Assembly (NCBI GenBank): GCA_913043225.1
Contig: CAJWLU010000001.1
Location: forward strand, 352,001-416,000
DNA: 64,000 nt
Direction of reading: 5' to 3'
Source: an uncultured Acidobacteriota bacterium
Lineage (GTDB): Bacteria; Acidobacteriota; Vicinamibacteria; Vicinamibacterales; UBA8438
Positions 9,089 to 18,291 of the stretch are shown here, piece after piece. Position 1 is the stretch's first letter; each line of letters begins with the position of its first letter. The position numbers and the translations under genes are program-made. The notes beneath the pieces are model-generated. The model ran no database searches and was not told where the DNA came from. It was given only the letters and a program-made list of their open reading frames with translations.

Positions 9089-9670
9089 ATGAGACGCGCG
9101 AAGCTAGCGGCGCTGCTCGGAGTAATGGTCGTCAGCGTGGCGGCGACCGGTTGCGGCGGAGAAGAAGAAGTAGAAGTGCCTGAGGGCGCGATGATCGATA
9201 TGTCGCTCCCCGACGTGCAGCTGCGACCGCTCCTCGAGGCAATGGAGGGTGACGACGCTGTGCAGCTGGTCGCGACCGTGCGCGGCCCAGGCCAGATCGG
9301 CTACCTTCAGCCACAACCCCGCCGCGAAGGAAGTGAAGTGGTTACAACCTTCGTGATCAAGAACGTGTCTCTGGGACACCTGGCAGGATTCAAGATCGAC
9401 GAATTCTGGTATAACGACGCTGGCGACACCTTGACCGGGTCGTCCTACCGAATGAAGCAGCCCTTCATGCAAGACCAGGTCATTCAGGTTACGTTGCATA
9501 CGCCTCGCAGCCCGAACGCCAGCCGAAGCAACTGGGAATTCTCGCACCAGGGCGGCGTGATCGAAGCCAATCTGTTCGACGAGGTCGAGGAGCCGACTCT
9601 GCTCATCGACGGCGACGAAGTGACCGAAGTCGAGCCTGAAGCTGAAGAAGAAGCGGACCCGGCTGCCTGA
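9089..9670 (+). CDS. Putative lipoprotein, unknown function
   Basis: GGAGG SD; signal peptide ending in lipobox-like AATG-C; beta-rich domain and acidic tail. Confidence 0.75.
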   Translation: MRRAKLAALLGVMVVSVAATGCGGEEEVEVPEGAMIDMSLPDVQLRPLLEAMEGDDAVQLVATVRGPGQIGYLQPQPRREGSEVVTTFVIKNVSLGHLAGFKIDEFWYNDAGDTLTGSSYRMKQPFMQDQVIQVTLHTPRSPNASRSNWEFSHQGGVIEANLFDEVEEPTLLIDGDEVTEVEPEAEEEADPAA

Positions 9671-9696
9671 TCTCGGCAGAAGCCATACAGCCGAAG

Positions 9697-9732
9697 AGAC
9701 CGTCCGGACCGATGGTCCAGGGCGGTCTTTTT
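9697..9732 (+). terminator. Rho-independent terminator
   Basis: AGACCGTCCGGACC-GAT-GGTCCAGGGCGGTCT stem followed by a T-run. Confidence 0.7.
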
Positions 9733-9841
9733 GTGTACGCACGACCGCCCACCAGACCATCCTCGGCGCTCGCACGTCCTACTTGATGTGAGAATCGGGA
9801 GTCAGAGAGCCCAAGAAACGGCCGCTGCTATACTCCCCGCC

Positions 9842-11023
9842 ATGGGACTCGACATCGCCGCGATCCAGCAGGCGTTGTGCGACGACGAACTCGACGGGTG
9901 GCTCCTGTGCGACTTCCACGGGTCAAATCCGATCGCACGCGGTCTCGTAGGACTTGCCGCCTCGGGGGCGTTGACCACCCGCCGGTGGTACTACCTGATC
10001 CCAGCGTCCGGCACCCCCCGGGGACTCGTCCATGCGATCGAGCGGGACCGACTGGATCATCTGCCAGGAGAGACCGTGACCTACGCCGGCCATGGGGCAT
10101 TGGCGGCTGGTCTAGAGCAGCTGCTGTCTGGGTGCCGCACCGTCGCCATGGAGTACTCGCCGCGCTGCGCGATTCCGTATGTCTCGCGCGTGGACGCCGG
10201 CACGATAGACACCATCCGGGCCCACGACATCGAGGTCCGCTCGTCAGGCGACCTCATTCAGCGCTTCGAAGCGGTGTGGAACGCCGCAGCACTCGAGACC
10301 CATCTCGCGGCCTCCAAGGCGCTCTACGACATCAAGGACAACGCCTTCGATTTGGTCCGGCAGCGTTTTGACAGCGCGACCCCGGTCACCGAGCTCGAGA
10401 TCCAGGACGCCATGGCCGCATGGTTCGAAGAATTCGGACTCGTGAGCGACTCCCGCCCGGTGGTGGCGGCCCAGGAGAACGCCGGAGACCCACACTACCT
10501 GCCAACCCCCGCCCGCCATCGCGGCCTGGGGGAGAACGAGATTCTACTGCTCGATCTCTGGGGCAAACTGGACCGCCCCGGCGCCGTGTTCGCCGATATC
10601 ACCTGGATGGGTTACACCGGCGCCGAGATTCCGACGCGCTATGCCAGGGCCTTCAACGTGATCCGTGATGCTCGCGACACGGCAATCGACCTCGTCGACG
10701 GTCGCATACGTGAGGGCCAACCGCTGCGAGGGTGGGAAGTGGACCGAGCTGCACGTGAACGAGTGGCAGCGGCCGGCCTCGCCGCCTACTTCGTCCATCG
10801 CACGGGTCACAGCCTGGGAGAGGAGGTCCACGGCAATGGGGTGCATTTGGACGACTTCGAGACTCATGACGACCGCCGGTTGCTGACCGGTTCCGGCGTC
10901 ACGGTCGAACCGGGAGTCTATTTCGAGGATTTTGGTCTGCGAACGGAGATCAACCTGTTCGTCGAGACCGATGGAGCACGGGTGACCGGGCCGCGCCAAA
11001 CCGAAATCCGGCCGCTGAGGTAA
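9842..11023 (+). CDS. M24 family (Xaa-Pro) metallopeptidase
   Basis: ADITW, HRTGHSLG, EPGVY, LRTEIN metal ligands; start placed at the ATG 7 nt after an extended -10. Confidence 0.9.
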   Translation: MGLDIAAIQQALCDDELDGWLLCDFHGSNPIARGLVGLAASGALTTRRWYYLIPASGTPRGLVHAIERDRLDHLPGETVTYAGHGALAAGLEQLLSGCRTVAMEYSPRCAIPYVSRVDAGTIDTIRAHDIEVRSSGDLIQRFEAVWNAAALETHLAASKALYDIKDNAFDLVRQRFDSATPVTELEIQDAMAAWFEEFGLVSDSRPVVAAQENAGDPHYLPTPARHRGLGENEILLLDLWGKLDRPGAVFADITWMGYTGAEIPTRYARAFNVIRDARDTAIDLVDGRIREGQPLRGWEVDRAARERVAAAGLAAYFVHRTGHSLGEEVHGNGVHLDDFETHDDRRLLTGSGVTVEPGVYFEDFGLRTEINLFVETDGARVTGPRQTEIRPLR

Positions 11024-11050
11024 GGTAGGGGAACATAGGTGGAGGACAGG

Positions 11051-12568
11051 ATGCCTACAGGTAGGAATCGGCTGTTTTCGGGGGTCCTGATCGCTGTCAC
11101 ATCGATGGCGATCGGCTTAGTGCTCGCCGCACGGCTCGACCTCACGTCGGGCTCGTCGGCCCAGACGTTCATCGCGTCGACCCTCCCGCCGATGAATAGC
11201 ACCCCCATCGAGGGCCAGCTGACCGCGACCACGTTCCGTGACATCGCGTCGGCGCAAAGCCCGATGGTGGTCAACATCAGAACCGAGGCGACACGACAAG
11301 GCCGCGACCTGAGCGAGCTGTTCGGCGGCAACGGCGGCGACGAGCTATTCCGACGGTTCTTCGGAGACCCTCCCGAGGGAGACCAGGAACCACGCGAGGA
11401 GACCACGGTGGCGGCGGGCACCGGCTTCGTCATCGACGAAGCGGGCTACATCGTGACCAACAACCACGTCGTCGAAGACGCCACCAAGATCGAGGTGACG
11501 TTCCTCGACGACGATACCGCCTACGAGGCGGAGGTGGTTGGACAGGATCGCCTGACTGATAGCGCGCTCCTCCAGCTGATCGAGCGGCCCGACAGCCCGT
11601 TGGCGGTCGCGACCTTTGGTGACTCGAGTCAGATGCAGGCGGGCGACTGGGTCATGGCCATCGGCAACCCGTTCGGTCTCGGTCACACCGTAACGGTGGG
11701 CGTGGTGAGCGCCGTCGGCCGGCCGTTCGAACAGGTCCGGGGACGTGCGCAGAATGTCATCCAGACCGACGCCGCCATCAATCCAGGTAACTCCGGCGGC
11801 CCGCTGCTGAATGTCCGCGGTGAGGTAATTGGGATCAACACCGCCATCGTGAGTGATCGGCCGAGCAATCTCGGCATTGGCTACGCCATGCCGATTAACA
11901 CGGTACGCGAGCTGCTGCCGCAACTCCGGACCGGCAGGGTCACCAGAGGCGTCATCGGCGTGTCGATCATCCCGGTCACCAACGACGACTACGAAGAGCT
12001 AGGACTCGACGAGGCACGGGGTGCGATCATCTCCCGCATCGAACCGGGAATGCCGGCTGACAACTCAGAGTTGGAGCCGGGAGACGTCATCGTCGCCTAT
12101 GACGGCGAGCCAGTGCGAAACATCGAGGATCTGCAGTCCAAGGTGACGGCGACGCCGCCCGGAACCGTGGTGAACCTCGGCGTCTACAGGGGCGGCGCGC
12201 CGGGGACGGTCGAGATCACCATCGGTGAGCTGGATCTCGAGAACCAGGGGCGCCAGGCCCGGCGAGAAGTCGAGGATCTAAACAGTGGGTTCGGCATGAA
12301 CCTACAGGACCTGACCGCCGAGAACGCGCGCGAGCTAGAACTCGGCGGCGGGGTCTCTGGCGCCGTCGTCAGCGGGATCGACAACGGTGGGGCCGCCCAG
12401 CGCGGCGGAGTCGTACCCGGCGACGTGATCACCGCGATCAACCAGCAGGAGGTCGGCAGCGCGGCCGAGGCGGTACGCGAGCTAAATCGGATCGAGTCTG
12501 GCCGCACCGCGTTCCTGCTTATCCAGCGACGAGACGGTCAGGTGTTCCTGCGGGTGCGCAAGGAGTAG
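11051..12568 (+). CDS. degP: DegP/HtrA (Do) family serine protease with two PDZ domains
   Basis: TNNHVV, IQTDAAINPGNSGGPL, two PDZ repeats; GGAGG SD before ATG 11051. Confidence 0.93.
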   Translation: MPTGRNRLFSGVLIAVTSMAIGLVLAARLDLTSGSSAQTFIASTLPPMNSTPIEGQLTATTFRDIASAQSPMVVNIRTEATRQGRDLSELFGGNGGDELFRRFFGDPPEGDQEPREETTVAAGTGFVIDEAGYIVTNNHVVEDATKIEVTFLDDDTAYEAEVVGQDRLTDSALLQLIERPDSPLAVATFGDSSQMQAGDWVMAIGNPFGLGHTVTVGVVSAVGRPFEQVRGRAQNVIQTDAAINPGNSGGPLLNVRGEVIGINTAIVSDRPSNLGIGYAMPINTVRELLPQLRTGRVTRGVIGVSIIPVTNDDYEELGLDEARGAIISRIEPGMPADNSELEPGDVIVAYDGEPVRNIEDLQSKVTATPPGTVVNLGVYRGGAPGTVEITIGELDLENQGRQARREVEDLNSGFGMNLQDLTAENARELELGGGVSGAVVSGIDNGGAAQRGGVVPGDVITAINQQEVGSAAEAVRELNRIESGRTAFLLIQRRDGQVFLRVRKE

Positions 12569-12581
12569 CTGCCGCCCCCGA

Positions 12582-13745
12582 ATGTCGATACGGTTGGACG
12601 CGCTGATCGCCGAGCGGATCCGGAACGCCGGACCGCTCACGGCGGCCGCGTTCATGGAGCTGGCCCTCTATCACCCCACACTCGGCTATTACACCCGCGC
12701 GTCCAAACGCACCGGGCGCGCGGGTGACTTCTACACGAGCGTCGACGTCGGCCCGCAGTTCGGTGCCCTGCTGGCGGCGCAGCTCGATGAAATGCGACGC
12801 CAGCTCGCTTCCCCATCCTTCGACTTGGTCGAGGTCGCGGCCGGCAACGGGCAGCTCAGCCGGGATATCCTCGATGCGTCCGCCGCGCGTTATCCTGAGC
12901 TCTACGAATCACTCCGGGTCAATCTCGTCGAGACCAGTCCGGCGGCACGGCAGGTTCATGCCGACACGCTGGCTCCGCATAAGGCCAAGCTCGAAGCGTC
13001 GACCGCGGCGCTACCCAACACCGTCACCGGGGTCATCTTCGCCAACGAACTCCTTGACGCGCTGCCCACCCATGCCGTGACCATGACCGAGACGGGACTC
13101 GCCGAGATCTACGTCGCGCTTGACGGCGACCGCCTGGTCGAATGTCTCGGACCGCCGTCAACGCCGGCGCTGGCGTCATATCTAGAGCGGCTCGACCTGG
13201 AACTCGCGCCCGGCTGGCGGGGGGAGATCTGCCTGAGCGCAATGGAGTGGGTCCGGACCGCGGCGAACCGGCTAAACCGGGGCTTCATGCTTCTCGTCGA
13301 CTACGGTCACACCGCCGACCGGCTCTATGAGGGGCATCATGTACGCGGCACCCTGACGACCTTCACCAGCCATCTCGTCGACGCCGCCTCGCAGTCCGGC
13401 GAGGGGCCCCGTGGGCCCGCCTGGCTTAGCGAGCCTGGCGACCGCGACATAACGGCGCACGTGGACATCACGTCTGTGTGCGACTCCGCCCGCAAGGCCG
13501 GGCTGGATCTCCTCGGCGTCGTGGACCAGAGCCGGTTCCTTCTTGGACTTGGCGCAGTGGACGAGCCAGCGATGGACCACGACCCTCGAGCGCAGTTGCG
13601 GCATCGGCTGGCGCTCAAGACGCTGCTGGTGCCCGGCGGGCTGGGCAGCACGCACCAGGTCATGTTCTTCGGACGCGGCGTTGGGACTCCGACCCTTGCG
13701 GGTCTGTCTCTTAGTCCAAGTGTCCAGGGCAAGCCATCACCATGA
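12582..13745 (+). CDS. SAM-dependent methyltransferase, MidA/NDUFAF7 family
   Basis: FMELALY...GYY, GDFYTS, ANELLDALP, DYG, DITAHVD. Confidence 0.9.
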   Translation: MSIRLDALIAERIRNAGPLTAAAFMELALYHPTLGYYTRASKRTGRAGDFYTSVDVGPQFGALLAAQLDEMRRQLASPSFDLVEVAAGNGQLSRDILDASAARYPELYESLRVNLVETSPAARQVHADTLAPHKAKLEASTAALPNTVTGVIFANELLDALPTHAVTMTETGLAEIYVALDGDRLVECLGPPSTPALASYLERLDLELAPGWRGEICLSAMEWVRTAANRLNRGFMLLVDYGHTADRLYEGHHVRGTLTTFTSHLVDAASQSGEGPRGPAWLSEPGDRDITAHVDITSVCDSARKAGLDLLGVVDQSRFLLGLGAVDEPAMDHDPRAQLRHRLALKTLLVPGGLGSTHQVMFFGRGVGTPTLAGLSLSPSVQGKPSP

Positions 13746-14302
13746 CCGGCCCAATCGAGCGGGAGATCAAGCTCGCCTACGCGTCACCAGATGAAGCCAG
13801 ACGCGCGGTGATGGCGCTCGGAGTGATCCCGCGCCGCCAACGAAGGCTTCAGCAGGACAGCCTCCTCGACCGCGGCACGGACCCCCTGGTCGATCGCAGG
13901 CAGACCCTCCGTGTGCGACGGGACGGCGACCGGGCCTGGCTCACCTTCAAGGGGGCCCCACTGCCCGGTCCCACCAAGGCGCGGGAAGAACTGGAGACGG
14001 AAGTAGAGGACGCCGACCGCCTCCTGCAACTCCTTGCACGTCTTGGCTTCGAAATGCGGTTCCGGTACGAGAAGTATCGTGAAGAGTTCGACTGTGGCGC
14101 GCTCGTCGTCACGGTCGACGAAACGCCCATCGGCACGTTCGTCGAACTCGAAGGCGAAGAACACGACGTGATCGAAACAGCGAAGCGTCTCGGGCGGTCG
14201 CCGGCCGACTTCATCCTAGCCTCCTACCGGGAGCTCTTCCTAGTGTTTCAGGCAGAGTCTGGATCCACCGCCTCTCACATGCGGTTCGACGACCTGACAT
14301 GA
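13742..14302 (+). CDS. CYTH domain protein (class IV adenylate cyclase/triphosphatase family)
   Basis: N-terminal EREIK (ExExK), LRVR, LTFKG, REELET, FVELEG, SY. Confidence 0.9.
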   Translation: MTGPIEREIKLAYASPDEARRAVMALGVIPRRQRRLQQDSLLDRGTDPLVDRRQTLRVRRDGDRAWLTFKGAPLPGPTKAREELETEVEDADRLLQLLARLGFEMRFRYEKYREEFDCGALVVTVDETPIGTFVELEGEEHDVIETAKRLGRSPADFILASYRELFLVFQAESGSTASHMRFDDLT

Positions 14303-15261
14303 CTGCCCTTCCTCCGGCTCTCATCCTCGCCGCCGGCCTCGGCACAAGACTCCACCCTCTGACAGCCCAGCGGGCCAAGCCGGCGCTCCCGGTGGCGGGC
14401 CAGCCGTTCATCCGCCGGGTGCTCACCTCGCTGGCCACGCAGGGCGTTCGACAGGTGGTGATCAACCTGCATCACCGTCCCGAAACTATCTCGGCTGTGG
14501 TCGGTGACGGAAGCGATCTCGGATGTGAGGTGCGCTATTCCTGGGAGCCTCGGATCCTCGGCTCTGCCGGGGGGCCTAGACGCGCCCTTCCGCTGCTTGG
14601 CGAACGCTTCTTCCTTTTAAACGGAGACACGCTGTGCGACGTCGATCTGCACGCGCTCGCCCGAACCCATCGGGAGCGGCACGCGACAGTGACACTGGCC
14701 ACGACCCCCAACCCGGCGCCGGACCGCTATGGCACCCTCCTGAGCCAGGACGGAACTTGGATCGACGGAGTACGACCTGCCGGCGCCCCCGGCGCCGAAG
14801 GCTGGCACTTCGTCGGGGTACAGCTGGTGGAAGCCGCGCCGTTCACTGCGCTCGAAGACGGGAAACCCGCCGCCACCATTGGCGGGCTCTACGACCGTCT
14901 GTGGGCACGCTCTGGACAGATCGGGCTCTTTCGGGTCGAGGGACCGTTCCATGACATCGGCACCCCGCTCGACTACTTGAAGACCACCAGAGCCATCGCG
15001 GCTCGAGAGAACCGGTCCACCCCACTGCGGGGCGACGGATGCCTAGTCGACCCCACCGCGGATCTCCGGGGTTGTCTGCTCTGGGACCGAGTGCAGGTTG
15101 GCGCTGGGTGCCGGCTCACGGACTGCATCCTGGGGAACGATGTCCAAGTGCCTGACGGCACCCGGCTCGCGCGTCAGGCCGTGGTGCCGTGGACGCCCGA
15201 GGCCGCTGGCAGTGGCCGCGAACGGCGCGATGGGAATCTGTGTCTGGTCGATCTGGACTAA
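14299..15261 (+). CDS. Sugar-1-phosphate nucleotidyltransferase, MurU-like
   Basis: LAAGLGTRLHPLT...KP, NGD, DIGT motifs plus short beta-helix; adjacent to AmgK-like kinase. Confidence 0.85.
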   Translation: MTALPPALILAAGLGTRLHPLTAQRAKPALPVAGQPFIRRVLTSLATQGVRQVVINLHHRPETISAVVGDGSDLGCEVRYSWEPRILGSAGGPRRALPLLGERFFLLNGDTLCDVDLHALARTHRERHATVTLATTPNPAPDRYGTLLSQDGTWIDGVRPAGAPGAEGWHFVGVQLVEAAPFTALEDGKPAATIGGLYDRLWARSGQIGLFRVEGPFHDIGTPLDYLKTTRAIAARENRSTPLRGDGCLVDPTADLRGCLLWDRVQVGAGCRLTDCILGNDVQVPDGTRLARQAVVPWTPEAAGSGRERRDGNLCLVDLD

Positions 15262-15275
15262 AACACGACGCGACG

Positions 15276-16289
15276 ATGAGTGACAGGCCCGACGCCACCG
15301 AAGATAGCCTGCGTCCTCGGATCGAGCGCTACCTGCGCGAGACGGGTGTCAACCCGGCCGAGGTGGATCTCTCGCGCCTTGCCGGTGACGCGTCCAGCCG
15401 TGTGTATTTCCGGGCAAGCCGCGGCGGCCATTTGTCCCGGCTCATCGTGCTCCACCCGACCCCGTTCACACCCGAAGCCCTGCCACAGATCGTGGTTGGC
15501 CGCCTGCTGGCACGGCTCGACATCCCCATCCCGAACGTGCTCGATGCCGCCGGCAAGCTCGGCGTGCTGGTCGTGGAGGATGTCGGCGACGCTACCCTGC
15601 ACACTTGGCTGGCCGAGGGGCACGACCCCGAACCGCTGTACTCACAAGCAGTAAATCTGATTGCACGTCTACAGAGCGCCCAGGCGACGACCGCGAGCCA
15701 GGGCCCCCCGTTCAACCTGGCGTTCGACGTTCCGAAGCTAACGTGGGAGCTCAATTTCTTCCGCTCCGAGTTTCTGGAAGCACACCGACAGATACACCTC
15801 GACTCGGCGCAAAGTGGTGTCTTGACCGAGGAGTTCGAGTGCCTGGCCAGCCAGCTGGCCGCTGAGCCTCGGGTGCTTTGCCACCGCGACTACCACTCCA
15901 GGAATCTAATGGTCCGAGACGGCAATCTGGTAGTCATCGACTTCCAGGATGCTCGACTGGGACCGGCTACCTACGATCTAGTGTCGCTCCTGCGGGACTG
16001 CTATGTGGAGCTCCCGGATACGCTGAGCGAGCGTCTACTACACCGCTATCTAACCCTCGCGCCCAACCAGGCCGGCGCAGACTTTCGGCTCCGTTTCGAC
16101 CGGATGTCGATTCAGCGTCACCTGAAGGCCTTGGGGACGTTCGGCCACCAGGTCGCCGTCAGGGGACGCAGATCGTTCAACGAGGCGATTCCCCGCACGC
16201 TGGGCTATCTACGACGGACCCTCCATGGGGATTCCAGCTACGGTCGGCTACTCGAAGTCTTGGCGTCCGTCCTCCCCGAACTCCGTTGA
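15276..16289 (+). CDS. APH-fold phosphotransferase, AmgK-like anomeric MurNAc/GlcNAc kinase
   Basis: LAGDASSRVYFR, HRDYHSRNLM, IDFQDA, YDLVSLLRD, QRHLKALG. Confidence 0.88.
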   Translation: MSDRPDATEDSLRPRIERYLRETGVNPAEVDLSRLAGDASSRVYFRASRGGHLSRLIVLHPTPFTPEALPQIVVGRLLARLDIPIPNVLDAAGKLGVLVVEDVGDATLHTWLAEGHDPEPLYSQAVNLIARLQSAQATTASQGPPFNLAFDVPKLTWELNFFRSEFLEAHRQIHLDSAQSGVLTEEFECLASQLAAEPRVLCHRDYHSRNLMVRDGNLVVIDFQDARLGPATYDLVSLLRDCYVELPDTLSERLLHRYLTLAPNQAGADFRLRFDRMSIQRHLKALGTFGHQVAVRGRRSFNEAIPRTLGYLRRTLHGDSSYGRLLEVLASVLPELR

Positions 16290-16319
16290 ACGCTCGGCGG
16301 CGGTATCCTACGACCAGCC

Positions 16320-17609
16320 ATGGCACACATCGAGAACATCTCCGAGTTCGAAGGCGAGTCGGTCACCCTGCAGGGCTGGCTCCACAACCGCCGATCGAGC
16401 GGCAAGCTCCACTTCCTGACGCTCCGTGACGGCACCGGTTTCATCCAAGCGGTCATGTCCAAGACGGCGGTGGGCGATCAGACGTTTCTGCAGGTCAAGC
16501 ACCTCGGCCAGGAGACTGCACTGACTCTCGACGGGGTGGTCCGCGCCGACACCCGGGCGCCCGGCGGGTATGAACTCGACGCGACCGGCATCAGCGTGGT
16601 CGGCGAAACCCACGAGTACCCGGTCACCCCCAAAGAACACGGCGTAGACTTCCTGCTGGATCACCGCCACCTCTGGGTGAGAGCCGAGCGCCAGCACGCA
16701 GTGCTCCGCGTGCGCCACAGCGTAGTCAACGCTGTCCGCGACTACCTCAACACGGAGGGGTTCATCCTTGCCGACACGCCGGTCTTTACGCCGGCGGCCT
16801 GCGAGGGCACCACAACGCTCTTCCCAGTGCCCTACTTCGATCTGGGCACGGCGTATCTCACCCAGTCCGGCCAGCTCTACAACGAAGCCAACGCGATGGC
16901 CCTGGGACGGGTCTATTGCTTTGGACCGACGTTTCGTGCCGAGAAGTCCAAGACGCGTCGGCACCTGACCGAGTTCTGGATGGTCGAGCCGGAAATGGCC
17001 TACGGCACCCTAGACGATGTCATCGCGCTGGCAGAGGGACTGATCTCTTCGGTTGTGGGCAGAGTGCTGGAAGAGCGCGGACGAGAGCTTGACGTGCTGG
17101 AGCGCGACCGCGGCCCGCTCGCCGGCGTCGTCGCACCCTTCCCCCGAATGACCTATGACGAGGCGGTGGACATCCTGCGTGAGGCCGGCCGACCGATCGC
17201 GTACGGTGACGACTTTGGCGGCACTGACGAGACCATCCTCGCCAAGCGCTTCGACCGCCCGGTCGCCATCCACCGCTATCCGGCGGCCGCCAAGGCGTTC
17301 TACATGCAGCCGGACCCGGAGCGACCGGAGCTCTCGCTATCAGTCGACATTCTTGCCCCTGAGGGCTACGGCGAGATCGTCGGCGGTGGCCAACGCCTAG
17401 ACGACCTCGCCCTGCTTGAGCAGCGGATCGCGGAGCATGATCTTCCCAAGGACGCATTCGAGTGGTATCTCGACCTCCGTCGCTACGGCAACGTTCCGCA
17501 CGCCGGCTTCGGGATGGGTATCGAGCGGGTCGTGGCGTGGATCTGCGGTCTCGACCATGTGCGGGAGACCATCCCGTTTCCACGAATGCTCTATCGATTG
17601 ACCCCGTAG
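16320..17609 (+). CDS. asnS: Asparagine--tRNA ligase
   Basis: [48 protein letters not shown]. Confidence 0.97.
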   Translation: MAHIENISEFEGESVTLQGWLHNRRSSGKLHFLTLRDGTGFIQAVMSKTAVGDQTFLQVKHLGQETALTLDGVVRADTRAPGGYELDATGISVVGETHEYPVTPKEHGVDFLLDHRHLWVRAERQHAVLRVRHSVVNAVRDYLNTEGFILADTPVFTPAACEGTTTLFPVPYFDLGTAYLTQSGQLYNEANAMALGRVYCFGPTFRAEKSKTRRHLTEFWMVEPEMAYGTLDDVIALAEGLISSVVGRVLEERGRELDVLERDRGPLAGVVAPFPRMTYDEAVDILREAGRPIAYGDDFGGTDETILAKRFDRPVAIHRYPAAAKAFYMQPDPERPELSLSVDILAPEGYGEIVGGGQRLDDLALLEQRIAEHDLPKDAFEWYLDLRRYGNVPHAGFGMGIERVVAWICGLDHVRETIPFPRMLYRLTP

Positions 17610-17694
17610 CGAGACCCGCTGGCGGCAGTGACGACCACTTTGGAGCCTTCCCAGCCCGTGATATAGTTCCACGGTTACGTTCGCGGAGAACGGT

Positions 17695-17726
17695 GAGAGT
17701 GGGCGTCTTGGCCCACTCTTTTTTTT
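17695..17726 (+). promoter_or_regulatory. rimP leader terminator/attenuator hairpin
   Basis: GAGAGTGGGC-GTCTTG-GCCCACTCTT plus T-run, downstream of extended -10 TGaTATAGT (17659-17667) and just upstream of rimP. Confidence 0.8.
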
Positions 17727-17739
17727 CGGGGCCACTCAG

Positions 17740-18243
17740 GTGACCGCGTCACGCACGAGCACGCTCGACACGGTCAGGACTATCGCGGACCGAGTGGCTC
17801 GCAGCCACGGTCTCGAACTGTTCGACCTACAGTTTCGCCGCGAAGCGATCGGGTGGGTCTTGCGGATTGTTGTCGACCGGGTAGGACCGGGCGCCACTGA
17901 CGCGGAGGGTCGCACTGAGGAGAGCGTGACCGTCGCCGACTGCGCGGCTGTGAGCGTTGACGTGAGCGCGATCTTCGATGTCGAGGTCACGTTCGAGCAC
18001 GCCTACACCCTTGAGGTGTCTTCGCCGGGTCTGGACCGGCCGTTGCGCGGGCTCGACGACTTCGTGCGGTTCGTGGGACGTCGCGTGAAAATCGTGACCT
18101 CCGCCCCCGTCGAAGGGCTTAACTTCGTCGCGGGTCGGATCACGGCGGTCGACAATCGGACCATCGTGATTGAGGACGGGAAGACGACCAGACGGGTTCC
18201 GGAAACGTCGGTCGCACGGGCAAAGCTCGAGGTCGAGATCTGA
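17740..18243 (+). CDS. rimP: Ribosome maturation factor RimP
   Basis: YTLEVSSPGLDRPL; precedes nusA. Confidence 0.96.
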   Translation: MTASRTSTLDTVRTIADRVARSHGLELFDLQFRREAIGWVLRIVVDRVGPGATDAEGRTEESVTVADCAAVSVDVSAIFDVEVTFEHAYTLEVSSPGLDRPLRGLDDFVRFVGRRVKIVTSAPVEGLNFVAGRITAVDNRTIVIEDGKTTRRVPETSVARAKLEVEI

Positions 18244-18291
18244 CGCCGCTCTGGCGCTGACGGCGCCGGACGGGGGCAGGACAGGAAGACA

